A stretch of 63,984 nucleotides of DNA, the filler included, from an uncultured bacterium (lineage in GTDB: Bacteria; DAOPZR01), in assembly GCA_964637655.1 (NCBI GenBank). It is 9 parts of 9 records of this genome, joined end to end, with 100 filler letters (N's around TTAATTAATTAA, not from the genome) between each part and the next. Parts side by side here need not be neighbours in the genome. Positions count along the whole stretch, not along the records: positions 30,660 to 38,114 come from CAZWUZ010000192.1; positions 38,215 to 45,615 come from CAZWUZ010000194.1; 7 more parts are not named here. One strand, written 5' to 3'. The notes below the pieces were generated by a model. That model was not told where the DNA came from. It was given only the letters and a program-made list of their open reading frames with translations, and did not search any database. Below are positions 32,940-42,618 of the stretch, in pieces. A program made the position numbers and the translations under genes. Position 1 is the stretch's first letter. Each line of letters starts with the position of its first letter.

Positions 32940-34904
32940 GTGGATCATGGTCACAACCGCATAGCGGCCGCACTGCTCGCGGCGGGGCTGGCTGCGGGCC
33001 TGCTGCTCGCGCAGAGCGGGGCGGAATGGCCCGGAGCGCAACTGCTCGCGGTCGTGCTGCCGCTGCTCTGGCTCTCGGCGGTGCTGCTCGCCGCCGGGCT
33101 GCGCTGGGCGCGCCTGCTGCTGGCCGGGCTGCCGCCGCTGGCGCGCGGCGCTGCCGCCTCGACGCTGGGCTGGGGCGTGCTCGCCCTGCTGGTCACGCTG
33201 GTGCTGCTGGCGGGCGGGACGCTGGCGCTCGACCTGCTGCTGGTGCTGCTCGCGGTTGGCGGCACGCTGCTGCTGGCGCTGACGGGCGAGTGGTACGCGT
33301 GGCTGTGCGACCTGCCGGTACTCTGGCGCGCGGCAGCGCCCGACGCGGCGACGCGCTGGGCGCGTCTCGGGGAGCTGCTGGCGCTGCTCACCGCGCTGCT
33401 CTGCGTCAGCGCGCCTCCCGTCGCCTACGATGCGATGACCTATCATCTCGCGCTGCCGCAGGCGTATCTCAACGCCGGCGGTATCGTGCCGCTGGTGCAC
33501 AACCACTACAGCGGGTTTCCGAAACTGGTCGAGATGCTCTTCCTGCTCGCGCTGGCGTGCGGCAATCCCGCGCTGGCACACGGCATATGCTTTATGCTCG
33601 GTCTGTGGCTGCTGGTGCTGCTCTGGGCGCTGGCGCGCTACCGCATGGCGCTCCCCCCCGCCGCGGCCTGGTTGGCAGCGCTGCTGGCGGTCACCATACC
33701 CGAGGTATGGGATGCGTTCAGCGTCGCCATGGTCGACCTCCCGGCCGCGCTCTTTGCCGCGCTCGCGCTGTGGTACCTGACCGGCACGACACGGGCTGAC
33801 GCGGCGGGGGCGGGACTGGCAACGGGGTTTATGCTCGGCTGCAAGTACACGCTCTGGCCGGCGCTGGCGCTGCATCTGCTCATCGTGCTGGTGCGGCAGC
33901 GACGTGATGCCGGGATGTTCCTTATGGCCGCATTGGCGGCATGCCTGCTCTGGCCGCTGCTCAACCTCGCGCTGTACGGCAATCCGGTCTACCCGTTCGG
34001 CGGGCCGCTGCTGCCGACCCCGGGCATCGACGACGAACTGCGCGTGGCCTATGCGCGGCAGGGGCTCGACCTGTTCGGCACACGCAAGGCGCTGCCCGAA
34101 CTGCTCGCGCGGCCGTGGGACATGGTGATCAACGAGGAGAAGTTCGGGGCGGGAACGCGCGGCAGTATCGGGCCGCTGTTGCTGCTGTTGCTGCCGTTCA
34201 CCCTCGGGGCGCGCCTGCGCGACGGGCGGCTCTACCTGCTGCCGGGTGTCGCGTGGTTTCTCTGGTGGTCGTACACCTCGCAGCAGAACCGCCATCTGCT
34301 CTTCCTGCTCTGCCTGCTCTGTGTGCCGGCGGCGGGCGCGGTCCGCCACCTCGCGCGCACGGCATGGCTGCGGCCGCTGCTCGCGCTCGTGCTGACGGTG
34401 GCCTGCGTGCACGGGGTGGCGTGGGGCGCGATGAAGAAGGAGGCGTTCTACAGTGCGTGGGACTGGGCGGCAGGCGCGCTGACCCGCGACGCCTACCTGA
34501 CCCGCCACTATCCCGGCTGGCAGGTCCTCGGGCTGATCAATTCCTTCAGCGGTGACAGCGGCACGGTGCTGTTCGTCGGGCATGAATTCGGGGCGTATGT
34601 CGAATGCCCGGCCATCGTCGCGCCCGCCTACAGCCGCGACCCGCTCGAAGTTCTGCTGCGCGGAAATGCTGCGCCGGCGGGTGCTGCGACAGCGGCGGAA
34701 CTGAACGCGGCGCTGCGGGCACGGGGGATACGCTACGTTGCGTGGTCGGATTTCGGGTTCCGTTTCAAGCAGGGATTCCGGCATTATCGCCTGAACCCGG
34801 AACAGGCGGCGCTGCTGCAGGAGTTCCGGCGCACGCAACTGGTGCCGCTCTCCGCGCCGGCTGACGACCTGGTGCTCTACGCGCTGGTTGAGGTGGTGCC
34901 ATGA
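32940..34904 (+). CDS. GT-C (ArnT/PMT-like) membrane protein
   Basis: PPVAYDAMTYHLALP, MVDL, GCKYT, YGNPVYPF; many TMs; RBS GAGGAG. Confidence 0.7.
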   Translation: MDHGHNRIAAALLAAGLAAGLLLAQSGAEWPGAQLLAVVLPLLWLSAVLLAAGLRWARLLLAGLPPLARGAAASTLGWGVLALLVTLVLLAGGTLALDLLLVLLAVGGTLLLALTGEWYAWLCDLPVLWRAAAPDAATRWARLGELLALLTALLCVSAPPVAYDAMTYHLALPQAYLNAGGIVPLVHNHYSGFPKLVEMLFLLALACGNPALAHGICFMLGLWLLVLLWALARYRMALPPAAAWLAALLAVTIPEVWDAFSVAMVDLPAALFAALALWYLTGTTRADAAGAGLATGFMLGCKYTLWPALALHLLIVLVRQRRDAGMFLMAALAACLLWPLLNLALYGNPVYPFGGPLLPTPGIDDELRVAYARQGLDLFGTRKALPELLARPWDMVINEEKFGAGTRGSIGPLLLLLLPFTLGARLRDGRLYLLPGVAWFLWWSYTSQQNRHLLFLLCLLCVPAAGAVRHLARTAWLRPLLALVLTVACVHGVAWGAMKKEAFYSAWDWAAGALTRDAYLTRHYPGWQVLGLINSFSGDSGTVLFVGHEFGAYVECPAIVAPAYSRDPLEVLLRGNAAPAGAATAAELNAALRARGIRYVAWSDFGFRFKQGFRHYRLNPEQAALLQEFRRTQLVPLSAPADDLVLYALVEVVP

Positions 34905-36610
34905 CGGTGCGCATGACGGTTATCTGCGCCGGGCTTATCGCGCTGGTGCTGTATGTGCTGACGCTGGCGGGCGGTCCCGTCGACAACGGCGACAGCGGCG
35001 AGTTTCTTGCCGTGGCCGCGACGTTCGGGGTGGCGCATCCACCCGGGTATCCGACCTACACCCTGCTGGCAGCCGCGGCGTATCATCTCCCGCTGCCGGG
35101 TTTCGATGCGCACGAACGTGTGGCGCTTGTCGCCGCGCTGTCAGCCGCGCTGGCGGTGGCGCTGCTCTGCCGGATGCTGCTGGCGCTTGGCTGCAGCACG
35201 GTTGCCGCCATGACGCTGGCGCTGCTGGCCGGGCTCAATGCGCTCGTCTGGGGCCAGGCGGTGATGGCGGAGGTCTACACGCTGCACCTGCTGTTTTTTA
35301 CGGGGGTGCTGGCCCTTGCCTGGCGGCTGGCGCGACCTGCCGCGCCGTGGCTTTGGGGTGCCGCGGGACTCTGGTGCGGGCTCGGGCTGGGCAACCATGT
35401 GACGCTGCTCTTCATCCTGCCCGTGCTCTGGTGGCAGGGGTGGCATGCGCCCCGGCGGCGGCACGCGCTGGCGCTGCTGACGACCGGTACGCTGCTCGCC
35501 CTGTGCGTGTATCTCTACCTGCCGTGGGCGGCGGCGCGCGACCCGTACTGCAACTGGGGCGACCCGTCGACGCTGACGCGGTTCATCGACCATGTCACCC
35601 TCGCGCAGTTCCGCGGTGATGCGTGGCAGTGGTCGCGCCTGCCGCTCAAACTGACAGTGCTCGGCGACACGCTGCTCGACGGCGCCGGTATCGTCGCGCT
35701 GGCGCTGGCGGGGCTGGGGAGCGCGGCGCTGTGGCGGCGTGCCCGCGCGCTGACGGTCGCACTGTTTGCCTACGTGCTGCTGCTTGTCGCGGCGTTCGGG
35801 CAGGGGCGTGCGGAAGTGCTCATCGCCTCGCTTCCCGTGCACCTGCTGCCGGCGGTACTCGCGACGCTGCTGCTGGCGGGCGCCGGGCTGGCCGCACTGC
35901 AGTCGCCGCGCCTGCGGACGCTGCTGACTGCCGCGCTGCTCGTCTGGCTGCTGGTGCAAATCCCGGTGGCGCTGCGCACGGCGGACCGGCACGGCGACCG
36001 CATCCTTACCGGGCTGGCGGCGCGCCTGCTCCATTCCTGCCCGCAGGGTGGGATGCTGCTGGTGGAGCGCGATGATGTCACCTTCCCGCTCTGGGCACTG
36101 CAGGCGGAGGGGCTGCGCACGGATGTGCTGGTGGTCAACGGCACGCTGCTCAATTTTCCGTGGTACCGCGACCAGATGGCACGCAGGGCAGGCCTGACGG
36201 AGGTGCCCGGCACGCCGCAGGCAACGTACGCACTGCTGGCAGCGAGCGCGCCCGCGGTCTATGCCTTCCCGGCCACGTCGCTGGCGCTTTCCGGCACGGA
36301 GAAGGGGATGCTGACCGTGCTCAAGGGGGAGACGGACCGGACGGGCGAAACGCGGCGGCTGCTCGGCGTGCTGCTGAACATTGATCCGGCGGAATTTGAC
36401 CGCGTGCACCTGACGGAAACGCAGCAGGCGGTGCGACGCACCTATGTCAGGGCGCTCAACCAGACGGCCATCGCGCTGGCGCAGGCGGGTCATCCCGCAC
36501 GCGGCATGCTGCTGCTCGACCGCGCGTTTTTATTGCTGCCGGATGACCGCGTTACCCGCGGCAATGCCGTCACCATGCGCCGACAGGTGCTATCCCTTTC
36601 CCTGCAGTAG
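34901..36610 (+). CDS. DUF2723 (TMEM260-like protein O-mannosyltransferase family)
   Basis: GDSGEFLAVAATFGVAHPPGYPTY, WGQAVMAEVY, NWGDP, EGLRTDV. Confidence 0.85.
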   Translation: MTVRMTVICAGLIALVLYVLTLAGGPVDNGDSGEFLAVAATFGVAHPPGYPTYTLLAAAAYHLPLPGFDAHERVALVAALSAALAVALLCRMLLALGCSTVAAMTLALLAGLNALVWGQAVMAEVYTLHLLFFTGVLALAWRLARPAAPWLWGAAGLWCGLGLGNHVTLLFILPVLWWQGWHAPRRRHALALLTTGTLLALCVYLYLPWAAARDPYCNWGDPSTLTRFIDHVTLAQFRGDAWQWSRLPLKLTVLGDTLLDGAGIVALALAGLGSAALWRRARALTVALFAYVLLLVAAFGQGRAEVLIASLPVHLLPAVLATLLLAGAGLAALQSPRLRTLLTAALLVWLLVQIPVALRTADRHGDRILTGLAARLLHSCPQGGMLLVERDDVTFPLWALQAEGLRTDVLVVNGTLLNFPWYRDQMARRAGLTEVPGTPQATYALLAASAPAVYAFPATSLALSGTEKGMLTVLKGETDRTGETRRLLGVLLNIDPAEFDRVHLTETQQAVRRTYVRALNQTAIALAQAGHPARGMLLLDRAFLLLPDDRVTRGNAVTMRRQVLSLSLQ

Positions 36611-36619
36611 GGTTACGTC

Positions 36620-36656
36620 CTGTTTACTTGACAAACAGCGCCTGAGCATGTATAAT
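36620..36656 (+). promoter_or_regulatory. Perfect sigma70 promoter TTGACA-N17-TATAAT with inverted repeat CTGTTT-N7-AAACAG over the -35
   Basis: -35 at 36628-36633, -10 at 36651-36656. Confidence 0.8.
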
Positions 36657-36748
36657 GGGTTGTTATGATGTGCCGACACTATGCGTGTGTGTTGGAAACC
36701 GGTGTGCGACCGGCCGGGTGCGGCTGGTCCTGACGGAGGAGAGGCACG

Positions 36749-37222
36749 ATGATGCTGGACGAACAGGAACTGCTGGAAAACGGGACGGAAGAGACGGCGG
36801 AACCGTCCGAGAGCAGCGCGGAGCGTATCGCCCGCGAGCGCGAAGAGGAACGGCGGGCGCGCATGCAGCATCGCAAGGCGCGACGGGTCATCCGCGATAT
36901 CGAAGTCATCCTCAAGGGGACGAAGTACTGCCGCTACCACCTCGTCTACCTGATGCAGGCGCTTGACACCATCATCAGCAGCATCGCCCTGCGTCGTCCC
37001 GCCGGCTCGGCCAGTGCGCGGCTCGACGGGCAGACGCTGATTGTCGAAGTGGAGAATCCGGCACTGACCTCGTCGCAGTTGCGCGACATGATTGACCGCG
37101 CACTCAAGGATAGGGAACGTTTCAACCTGGCCAAGGCCCTGCTCGAGATGGATGACTTCGAGTTTGTCGTCGGTGAAGAGGGGGGCGTCACCCTGCGTGT
37201 GAAGCGGCGGATCGACCGCTGA
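36749..37222 (+). CDS. Hypothetical protein, weak similarity to RsbT/RsbW-like HATPase fold
   Basis: RBS GGAGAGG; C-terminus LEMDDFEF..GGVTLRVKR. Confidence 0.6.
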   Translation: MMLDEQELLENGTEETAEPSESSAERIAREREEERRARMQHRKARRVIRDIEVILKGTKYCRYHLVYLMQALDTIISSIALRRPAGSASARLDGQTLIVEVENPALTSSQLRDMIDRALKDRERFNLAKALLEMDDFEFVVGEEGGVTLRVKRRIDR

Positions 37223-37254
37223 GGGGGCGCTGACGGCAGCGGAACGGAGCGCAC

Positions 37255-38114
37255 GTGGCTGACCCGCCGAAGACCGATTTCTCTTCGATCTCCTCGCTGC
37301 TGAAGAAGACGGCGGAGGAGAGCCGCAAGGCGCAGCCGGACAGGCCGGCCGCGACGGCGGGGAGCGAAGCGGAGCAGTATGCCGGCAGTGAACTGCCGCT
37401 CCCCCCGCCGGCGGAAACCGATACCTTCGTCCCGTTCGGCAGTGAGGAGCTGCCGGATGAGCCGATTATTGCGCTTCCCGAGAGCGCGCCTGACCCGCGG
37501 CGCGAGGCAGCGCTGCGGGCGTTGCGCGTGGGCGGTATCGCGCTCGGGGTCGGGGCGGTGCTGGGGCTGGTGCTCTGGCTGGTGTTCAAGCCGCAGTCAC
37601 TGGAAAAGCAGTACGCGCGCGGCGCGCAGCTGATTGCTGACGGGAAAGATGCCGAGGCGGAGCAACTGTACACGGATCTGGTGATGGAAAACCGGCCTGA
37701 TGTACGGTTGCCGGGCGCGTACGCCCGCGCCTATTTCCGGCGCGGCGACATGGTGCAGGCGCAGCAGAAACTCGCGGCGGGGCTGGCCATCGGGGCGACT
37801 GACCGCGACCTGCTCGAACTGCAGGGGGAACTCGGGCTGCAGACGGGCGAACTTGACCGGGCGGAAGGCGCGGCGGCGGTGCTGCGGCGCGAGTACCATG
37901 ACGAACTGGCCGGCTACGTGCTGCAGGCCGATATCGAGATGCGGCGCGGCAACTGGGACGAGGCGATTGCCCAGCTGCGCCAGGCGGGGTGGTACAGCGA
38001 GAACAATCCCGTGCTCTACCGCCGGCTGCGGCGGGCGCATTTGCGGGCCGGGGATATCGCCGCGGCGCTGGCGGCCAACCGCGTGCTGGTCGACCAGAAC
38101 GCGGTTGCGGTCGA
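37255..38114 (+). CDS. Single-TM TPR protein (3' truncated)
   Basis: Acidic/Pro-rich N-terminus, TM, TPR-like helices. Confidence 0.7.
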
Positions 38115-38330
38115 NNNNNNNNNNNNNNNNNNNNNNNNNNNNNNNNNNNNNNNNNNNNTTAATTAATTAANNNNNNNNNNNNNNNNNNNNNNNNNNNNNN
38201 NNNNNNNNNNNNNNAACCGGTGCACGACAACGCGCACAATCTGCACAGGTTGCTGGTAGACCGTGGCGAGGTTAAACACAGGGAAAAGAGCGGAAACCGT
38301 TGCCTTACGGCGTACCTGAGGCGGTATCGT

Positions 38331-39857
38331 TCAGCGTGGGATTACTCGCAATCGTTGCGGCCGGTCGCCATACACGTAGAGGTCTATGCCGGCCAGATGC
38401 TCCTCGTACTGCAGAAAGCGGTGGCGTGACAACTCGTGGCGTAATCTGCCGCGCGCGTCCACCTGATGTGCGGCGATCAGCCAGACGCGCGGATGTCTGC
38501 CGATGACGGCAGCCACATCGACGATGTTGGTGTCGGTGATGGCGCGGTACACGGTAGCGGCGGCACTGTTGGCGCCCTGTTCTTCCGCTGACAGGAGCCG
38601 GCCGCTGACCGGGTGGCGCACGGGAAAGGGGCGCAGGGGCAGATCAGTGCGCTGCGTGTAGTGGCGGTACACGGCGTCACGGCAATAACCGGCATTGAAC
38701 AGCAGCAGATCATCGGCTTGCGCGTTCTGGTCGATAAACCAGGCGAGGTAGCGCCATTCCTCCTTTTCCTGTGTCGTATAGTAGTGGTGCAGGACGGGGA
38801 GGTGGGCGAGCAGCACGGCCAGGACGAGGAGCGTGCGGAGCACCGGCGGGAATCCGCGGCGCAGCCACAGGGCGGTGAGCAGGCACCAGGCCGGGATCAG
38901 CGCGATGAAGTAGCGGGGCAGGAAGAGCGACAGCACGGTGGCGGAAAGGCCCAGCCCGGCAAGCAGCGGCAGTACCGCCCACCACAGCAGCAGACGCTCG
39001 GCCGCGGCGCGGCGGCCGGATGCCGGCCGCCGGAGCGCAGCGACGGCGGCGAGCAGCATGACGGGGAGCATCCAGCGCGGGCCGGCCAGCATGCCGGCGA
39101 GAGCGCCCAGTGACGACCAGTCGGGAACCGGCAGCATCCAGGCACTGCTGCCGCCGGCAACGGTGCCGGCGATGGTACGCAGGCCGGCCAGGACGGGCAG
39201 GCAGGCGACCCCCATGACCAGCGCGGCGGTCAACCAGGGGCGCCAGGCGGTGCGGCGGCAGGCGGGCTCCCTGACCCAGCGCCAGCCAAGTTCCGCCACG
39301 TGCGGGAGCAGCAGCAGGACACCGAGTACATGGACATGCACGATGGCAATGGTCGTGGCAAGATACGCCGCCAGCGCCAGCCGGTTGCCGGGCCGGCGCA
39401 ACAGGTGGATGCAGGCGCGGGTGGCCCAGAGCATCAGGAGGGTGACCAGCGCATAACCGCGCACTTCCTGCGCGTAATGGATTTGCAGCGGGGATACGGC
39501 CATGAAGAGTGACGCCAGGAGGGCGGCAGTGCGGCCGCCGAGGAGCCGGCCGAGGCGCCAGGTGGCACCGACGGCGGCGACGCTGCACAGCGCCGAGAGC
39601 AGTCGCGCGTTCGCGTCGCTGGTGCCGGTCAGGTGCAGCCAGGCGGCGAGCAGGGCGAAGTACAGCGGGGGATGGCCCACCGCGTAGCGGTCAGCCGCCA
39701 TTTCCGGCAGCGGCAACTGCGCGGCCCGCAACGCATCCCCCTCATCGAGCCACAAACTCTCGTCGGCGATCCCGAACAGGCGCAGAAACAGCGCCAGCCC
39801 GAGCACGAGGCACCATGCCAGCCGGAAGCTGCAGGCACGCCGGAAGACTGCCGGCAT
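38331..39857 (-). CDS. Glycosyltransferase family 39 / PMT_2-like membrane protein
   Basis: LRLFGIADESLWLDEG, HPPLYF, SPLQIHYAQEVRGY, KEEWR. Confidence 0.85.
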   Translation of the reverse strand: MPAVFRRACSFRLAWCLVLGLALFLRLFGIADESLWLDEGDALRAAQLPLPEMAADRYAVGHPPLYFALLAAWLHLTGTSDANARLLSALCSVAAVGATWRLGRLLGGRTAALLASLFMAVSPLQIHYAQEVRGYALVTLLMLWATRACIHLLRRPGNRLALAAYLATTIAIVHVHVLGVLLLLPHVAELGWRWVREPACRRTAWRPWLTAALVMGVACLPVLAGLRTIAGTVAGGSSAWMLPVPDWSSLGALAGMLAGPRWMLPVMLLAAVAALRRPASGRRAAAERLLLWWAVLPLLAGLGLSATVLSLFLPRYFIALIPAWCLLTALWLRRGFPPVLRTLLVLAVLLAHLPVLHHYYTTQEKEEWRYLAWFIDQNAQADDLLLFNAGYCRDAVYRHYTQRTDLPLRPFPVRHPVSGRLLSAEEQGANSAAATVYRAITDTNIVDVAAVIGRHPRVWLIAAHQVDARGRLRHELSRHRFLQYEEHLAGIDLYVYGDRPQRLRVIPR

Positions 39858-39931
39858 TACGACGCGCACACCGCTGGACGGGATGGCCGGGGGAGTGGGG
39901 ACAACGCTGCCTCCTGCGTGTTCACGCGAAC

Positions 39932-39960
39932 ATCGTACCACCGCCCGTCGCCGGCGTCAA
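39932..39960 (-). promoter_or_regulatory. sigma70-type promoter TTGACG-N17-TACGAT
   Basis: Near-consensus with TGn extension, upstream of the GT39 gene. Confidence 0.6.
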
Positions 39961-40239
39961 CGGAAAACCTGAAACTGGTCCGCCGTCCGGGCGACGCCCT
40001 GCCGATGCTGCGCAGGCGGCGTCCCTGCGCGGGAAACCGACGACGGGCGTGCTCAGTATCACCGGCTGGAAGAATACGCCGCCGTATGATGAACGTAGCG
40101 AGCCGACCCCGGGGCGGGAAAATAAACGTAAACCTCCCGGCATCGACGCTGCCCTGCTCGCGCATGCGCGAGCAGGAGCTGGTACACGCGGGACAGTCGC
40201 GCGCGCATCCGCGACTGGCGGACCAGCAGCGCGCACTGC

Positions 40240-41322
40240 TTACACATTCAGCGGAATGGCGCGGGCGGAAATGCGGGAGAGGTTCCAGTAGCGGGCAATG
40301 GTGGGGATGGCCGAAAAATAGGAGGGGACGGCAGCACTGCTGATCTCCAGTTCCTGCCGCAGGGGACCGGCGTCAAAGCGGACGTTCATGGCGATGAACC
40401 GGTAGTGATGATACAAGGCATTCGCCAGCCGGCGCCGGGTGCGCGTCAGCCCGGGTTCCGCTTCCGTCCACTCCGGGCCGAAGCGGGGGAGATCCAGAAA
40501 GCGGAGATGCGCGACGGTTCCGGCGCGGGCCAGTTCGTCGGCCAGTTCGCGCATGAACCGGCAAAAAGAGGTGCCGGAAGGCAGGCCCGGTGAAATGAAT
40601 ATCCTGTCGTGCCGGAGGGTCGGCTTGAACGCGAGCGTGGCCAGCGCCGTCGCCGTGAAGTCGTAGGTAGTGCAATCCAGGCCGGCGGCGGCTGAAATGG
40701 GGATGACGCCAACCGTGAAAAAGGCTTTGGCGGCCCAGGTGATGTTGTCGCGGCGGGGCGGCATGTCGGCAGCGCAGCCCATCATGATGGTGGGCTTGGC
40801 GATGCGCACTTCGTAGGGCCACGTGGTGTGCGTGATGGCATCCTCGGCCAGGGCCTTGGAATGGGTGTAGGCGGTCAGGTGTCCGGTGCGCAGAAGGGGG
40901 AGCGGATCGCTTGCCCGCACCAGTTCGTTCGGCCGGATCCCGCAGTTCATGGCTGTGCCGACATACAGGAAGCGCCGGAGTCCCGGAACGTTGCGCAGCA
41001 GCTGCATCAGGGTCAGGGTGCCTGCGTAATTCACGGCATAGCAATCGTCTTCCTGCAGAAAATTGGTGTTGGCGGCAAGGTGGATGACGAGTCCGCTGAA
41101 ACCGGCTTCGCGCAAGGTGGTGGCCACGGCGTGCAGGCTGTCGGGTTGCGCCATGTCGCCCTGCAGGATGGACAGGGAGCGGGGATGCCGCGTCGGCGGT
41201 TTTCTGGCCATGATGAATATGCGGTTGACCCCCGGATGGCGCCTGAGCACGGCCAGGAGACGCAGACCTATTTCGCTGCTGGCGCCGGTGAGCAGAACAT
41301 CGCAATCAGTGGGGGCCTTCAT
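40240..41322 (-). CDS. Extended SDR / NAD_binding_4 (thioester-reductase-like) oxidoreductase
   Basis: VLLTGASSEIG, VIHLAANTNF, VNYAGT, YTHSKALAE. Confidence 0.75.
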   Translation of the reverse strand: MKAPTDCDVLLTGASSEIGLRLLAVLRRHPGVNRIFIMARKPPTRHPRSLSILQGDMAQPDSLHAVATTLREAGFSGLVIHLAANTNFLQEDDCYAVNYAGTLTLMQLLRNVPGLRRFLYVGTAMNCGIRPNELVRASDPLPLLRTGHLTAYTHSKALAEDAITHTTWPYEVRIAKPTIMMGCAADMPPRRDNITWAAKAFFTVGVIPISAAAGLDCTTYDFTATALATLAFKPTLRHDRIFISPGLPSGTSFCRFMRELADELARAGTVAHLRFLDLPRFGPEWTEAEPGLTRTRRRLANALYHHYRFIAMNVRFDAGPLRQELEISSAAVPSYFSAIPTIARYWNLSRISARAIPLNV

Positions 41323-42263
41323 CCGGGAAGCTCGTGCACCGGGGGTGAACGCACGACGACCCGGACCTTGCTTCCGGACACGTCCTGCTCAATGGTCCGG
41401 GTGATGCGGGTAATGGCGTGGTGGACGTCGCGCATGGTTGTATCCGGGTCAAAGCCAAGTTCGAGGTCAATGAATATTGTTCCGCCGGCGCGGCGGGAAC
41501 GCACCGCATAAAAGGCCTCGTAGTCGTCGAAGTGCCGGGCGAGGTGTTTGACGATGCGCAACTGGAGGGATTCTTCGAGGGTTTTGTCGAGCAGGTCGTT
41601 GAGGGATCCCCGGAAGATTCCGGTGTAGGAGGCGATCACATAGAGGGCGATCAGCATGGCCACGAGCGGGTCGATATAGACATGCCAGGCGAAACCCCGG
41701 CAGAGCATGATGAGCAGCAGCGAGGTCATGATGCCGAGGTTCTGCAGGGCGCCGTTCCGGTTGGTTCGCCATTGGGTTTCCATGAGGGGCGAATACTCAC
41801 GACGGGCAATACGCCGGTTGCGCCGCCACAGCCAGCAGTTGAAGCCCAACTCGACCAGATATGCCCCCACGCCAAGCCAGGTCATTGGCGCGGCCAGGCT
41901 CACGGGATGCATGATTCGCCAGGCGCTGCCGGCGACCACGGCCACCATGCCCAGCATCAGGAGGGCGGAACTGATCAGCGCGCTGAAACTTTCCAGTTTG
42001 CCGAGTCCGTAATCAAAATGGGTTTTCGGATCCCGGGCCATGCGCCGCAGCGTGAGCCAGGCGAGCAGGCTGATCAGAAAACTGTTCAGATCGGAAAACC
42101 AGTCGGCGAGCAGCGCCAGGGAACCGACCAGCAAGGCGATGACCAGCGCCGGCAGGACGGAAACGGCATCCAGCAGGAAGACCAGACGCAACGCGCGTTC
42201 CCGCTCCTGCGCCCCGGGAAGCGACGCCGGCGGTGTCGAGGATACCCTCTCCCGTAAGTCCAT
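41319..42263 (-). CDS. Cation diffusion facilitator family transporter (FieF-like)
   Basis: GSLALLAD, FDYGLGKLE, IDP, DLLDK, RSRRAGGTIFIDLEL. Confidence 0.85.
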   Translation of the reverse strand: MDLRERVSSTPPASLPGAQERERALRLVFLLDAVSVLPALVIALLVGSLALLADWFSDLNSFLISLLAWLTLRRMARDPKTHFDYGLGKLESFSALISSALLMLGMVAVVAGSAWRIMHPVSLAAPMTWLGVGAYLVELGFNCWLWRRNRRIARREYSPLMETQWRTNRNGALQNLGIMTSLLLIMLCRGFAWHVYIDPLVAMLIALYVIASYTGIFRGSLNDLLDKTLEESLQLRIVKHLARHFDDYEAFYAVRSRRAGGTIFIDLELGFDPDTTMRDVHHAITRITRTIEQDVSGSKVRVVVRSPPVHELPG

Positions 42264-42433
42264 CAGACGATAGTACCACCAGCACCGGCGGGCGTCACCG
42301 GGTATTTTGGCGAGGTGTGACCGACGACAGCGCGGCAACAACTCACTGACGAAACAGGACGGGCGCAGACAGGGATCTGTTTCGACGTCAGTATGACTGA
42401 CGTTGGCGTTGCGGAAAAAAATACGCTGGCGGC

Positions 42434-42462
42434 ATCCTAGCACGCTCCCGGCTGCGCGTCAA
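42434..42462 (-). promoter_or_regulatory. sigma70-type promoter TTGACG-N17-TAGGAT upstream of the CDF gene; a second, GTGACG-N17-TACTAT, at 42270-42298
   Basis: Consensus-like hexamers with 17-bp spacers and TGn extension. Confidence 0.55.
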
Positions 42463-42618
42463 CGCTCCGCTTCCGCCTCCCGTTGCAGCAACGAAGAATG
42501 TCGCGCTCATGCCAACCGGGCATCAGGGGCGGCGTCGTCAACCCGTTCACCCTGACGGCCGCTTGCGCCGGTACCGCGCGTAAGGTATAGTCGGCACACG
42601 TCGTCCGGGAGGGGACCC

